Shown piece after piece: positions 62,954-64,000 of a DNA stretch of 64,000 nt. The notes beneath the pieces were generated by a model that worked only from the letters and a program-made list of their open reading frames with translations, had not been told where the DNA came from and did not search any database. The stretch covers positions 18,347 through 82,346 of the forward strand of contig JALWXN010000001.1 of NCBI GenBank assembly GCA_027078545.1, written 5' to 3'. The translations under genes and the position numbers were made by a program. This stretch comes from Nitrososphaeria archaeon. GTDB lineage: Archaea > Thermoproteota > Nitrososphaeria > Geothermarchaeales > JDFR-13. Position 1 is the stretch's first letter; the number at the start of each line of letters is the position of its first letter.

Positions 62954-63011
62954 GATGACGACTACCTCCGAGCCTGATCACCCACGAAGTGATGAGAAGG
63001 CATTTGTCCGA
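62954..63011 (+). ncRNA. Candidate C/D-box sRNA (2'-O-methylation guide)
   Basis: gAUGACGA (C-like, 62954-62961), a 12-nt spacer, CUGA (D', 62974-62977), an 11-nt spacer, GUGAUGA (C', 62989-62995), a 12-nt spacer, then CCGA (D-like, 63008-63011). It lies in a 224-nt intergenic region. The external boxes are non-canonical. Confidence 0.3.
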
Positions 63012-63092
63012 CCAACTCTATGCGATATGTATCGATACACTTGATCGGTGGCTCCATCTTTTTAACCCCTACATGAGTCATTACTATATTGT

Positions 63093-63635
63093 ATGGCCAC
63101 CGCGGCTAGGGTGCTGGGTGGTCTGGGCTTCATATTCTCAGCTATTACTGACATGTTGGTTCTGAGCATCTTCCTCTCCTATCTGGCGATGATCACTTAT
63201 CCCATTAGTATACTACTGCGTGGCGTAGCCTGGATCCTGCTCTCCGGGAGTCTGAAGAATAGGTTCTATGCCGCTGTGGGTATACTTGTGATGTTCCTCG
63301 GCGCATTGTTCTTCCTATCACTGCTGGGTGGAGGGGATCTGCTGGAGGCTGGGCCCAGCGAGCTCTTCATCCCGGTCGTTATATGGGCTGTATACTCGTT
63401 GATCGAGTTCTCCGCCTATCTCAGGCTGAGGATCTATTCAAAGGTCTTTCTGGGAGCCATGATCAGTATAGTAGGTATAGCCGTTCTACTACTCGGCGTG
63501 ACCCTCCCGGCTACGAGTGACGAGATGTATCAGTATCTCCAGGCTGGGCTGGTCCCACTGATAATCTCCGCGTTGATGGCGTCGATAGGCTTCTTCAGCC
63601 TAAGGATTCGTGGGGACGAGGGTATAGTGATGTAG
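63093..63635 (+). CDS. Hypothetical multi-pass membrane protein
   Basis: 180 aa with about five or six hydrophobic helices. Confidence 0.5.
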   Translation: MATAARVLGGLGFIFSAITDMLVLSIFLSYLAMITYPISILLRGVAWILLSGSLKNRFYAAVGILVMFLGALFFLSLLGGGDLLEAGPSELFIPVVIWAVYSLIEFSAYLRLRIYSKVFLGAMISIVGIAVLLLGVTLPATSDEMYQYLQAGLVPLIISALMASIGFFSLRIRGDEGIVM

Positions 63636-63711
63636 CGCCTCTTTAATACACCTGTTCAAACCTATTTAGTTAGTAGGCCTTGGCGGCTCTTCTAATCATG
63701 AGGTTGTAAAG

Positions 63712-64000
63712 ATGAGGCTCCACATAGCTCTTATGCTGATGCTTCTGCTACTCCTCGTGGCACCGATATACGGTGTGGAGGTGTACAGGATCTACGACGA
63801 GGAGGGTATAGACCCGGAGAGGATCGGGGTTCCACTGCCTGATGTGAATGATCCAGTGGCGAGGGACTTAGTGGATATAAGGGAGGCCTGGGTGGAGGTA
63901 GAGGGGGACAGGGTTAGCTTCTCCATCAGGGTGGCCTCCACGATCCTGCCTGACCAGCTACCCGAGGAATCCCCCTACGACATAACATATACGGCGCAGG
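63712..64000 (+). CDS. Secreted/exported hypothetical protein, N-terminal part (runs off window end)
   Basis: ATG at 63712. Signal-peptide-like 'MRLHIALMLMLLLLLVAPIYG', followed by a hydrophilic sequence. Truncated by the window end. Confidence 0.5.
   Translation, partial: MRLHIALMLMLLLLLVAPIYGVEVYRIYDEEGIDPERIGVPLPDVNDPVARDLVDIREAWVEVEGDRVSFSIRVASTILPDQLPEESPYDITYTAQ

Noticed and set aside
62955-63044. 29-codon ORF (MTTTSEPDHPRSDEKAFVRPTLCDMYRYT) overlapping the C/D-box candidate
   Set aside because: It has no SD or TATA at a suitable distance and no recognisable peptide features. The box and spacer geometry explains the sequence better, although neither interpretation is proven.
1-64000. 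CRISPR arrays, tRNA/rRNA genes, IS elements, integrases and prophage remnants
   Set aside because: There are no arrays of evenly spaced direct repeats, no GC-rich cloverleaf-like segments in any intergenic gap (all under 290 nt), and no transposase, integrase or recombinase motifs in any ORF. The only repeats seen are short (8-21 nt) and are reported individually.

Overview
The window is a gene-dense (about 90% coding) chromosomal segment of a hyperthermophilic crenarchaeon. The gene content and roughly 50-55% GC (judged by eye) fit a Desulfurococcales/Pyrodictiaceae-like organism, but that placement is a guess. I saw no rRNA or tRNA genes, CRISPR arrays, transposases or integrases. Most genes are recognisable archaeal housekeeping genes: ABCE1, Lhr helicase with its metallophosphoesterase partner, the HMG-CoA synthase/thiolase/DUF35 trio, Alba, Rpo6, S25e, ATP-dependent DNA ligase, TBP, Sec11-type signal peptidase, a five-gene Opp/Dpp peptide ABC transporter, stomatin/NfeD, Taw1, class II ribonucleotide reductase and malic enzyme. 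Genes are often joined by 4-nt start/stop overlaps, and TATA-like boxes sit about 25-35 nt upstream of starts, so many transcripts are probably leaderless or short-leadered. The two best candidates for something undescribed are: (1) a stand-alone, oversized NurA-like nuclease plus HerA-like ATPase module at 44.9-48.5 kb, not linked to mre11/rad50 and with an in-frame TAG just upstream of the ATPase ORF; (2) an operon at 53.8-59.8 kb coding for a ribbon-helix-helix protein, ATP sulfurylase, a DHH phosphoesterase, APS kinase and two tandem alkaline-phosphatase-superfamily paralogues, with no sulfate-reduction genes, which suggests PAPS-dependent sulfation chemistry. Other observations include a pseudo-NadE next to NAPRTase, an Nre/radical-SAM pair with a C-terminal PIP box, a protein of about eight winged-helix-like repeats, two RHH paralogues sharing an LRSLGYL tail, a candidate C/D-box sRNA, two small genes missing from the ORF track (Rpo12 and a 30-codon ORF), and two transporter genes with low GC. 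All calls rest on reading translated motifs by eye; no searches were run.
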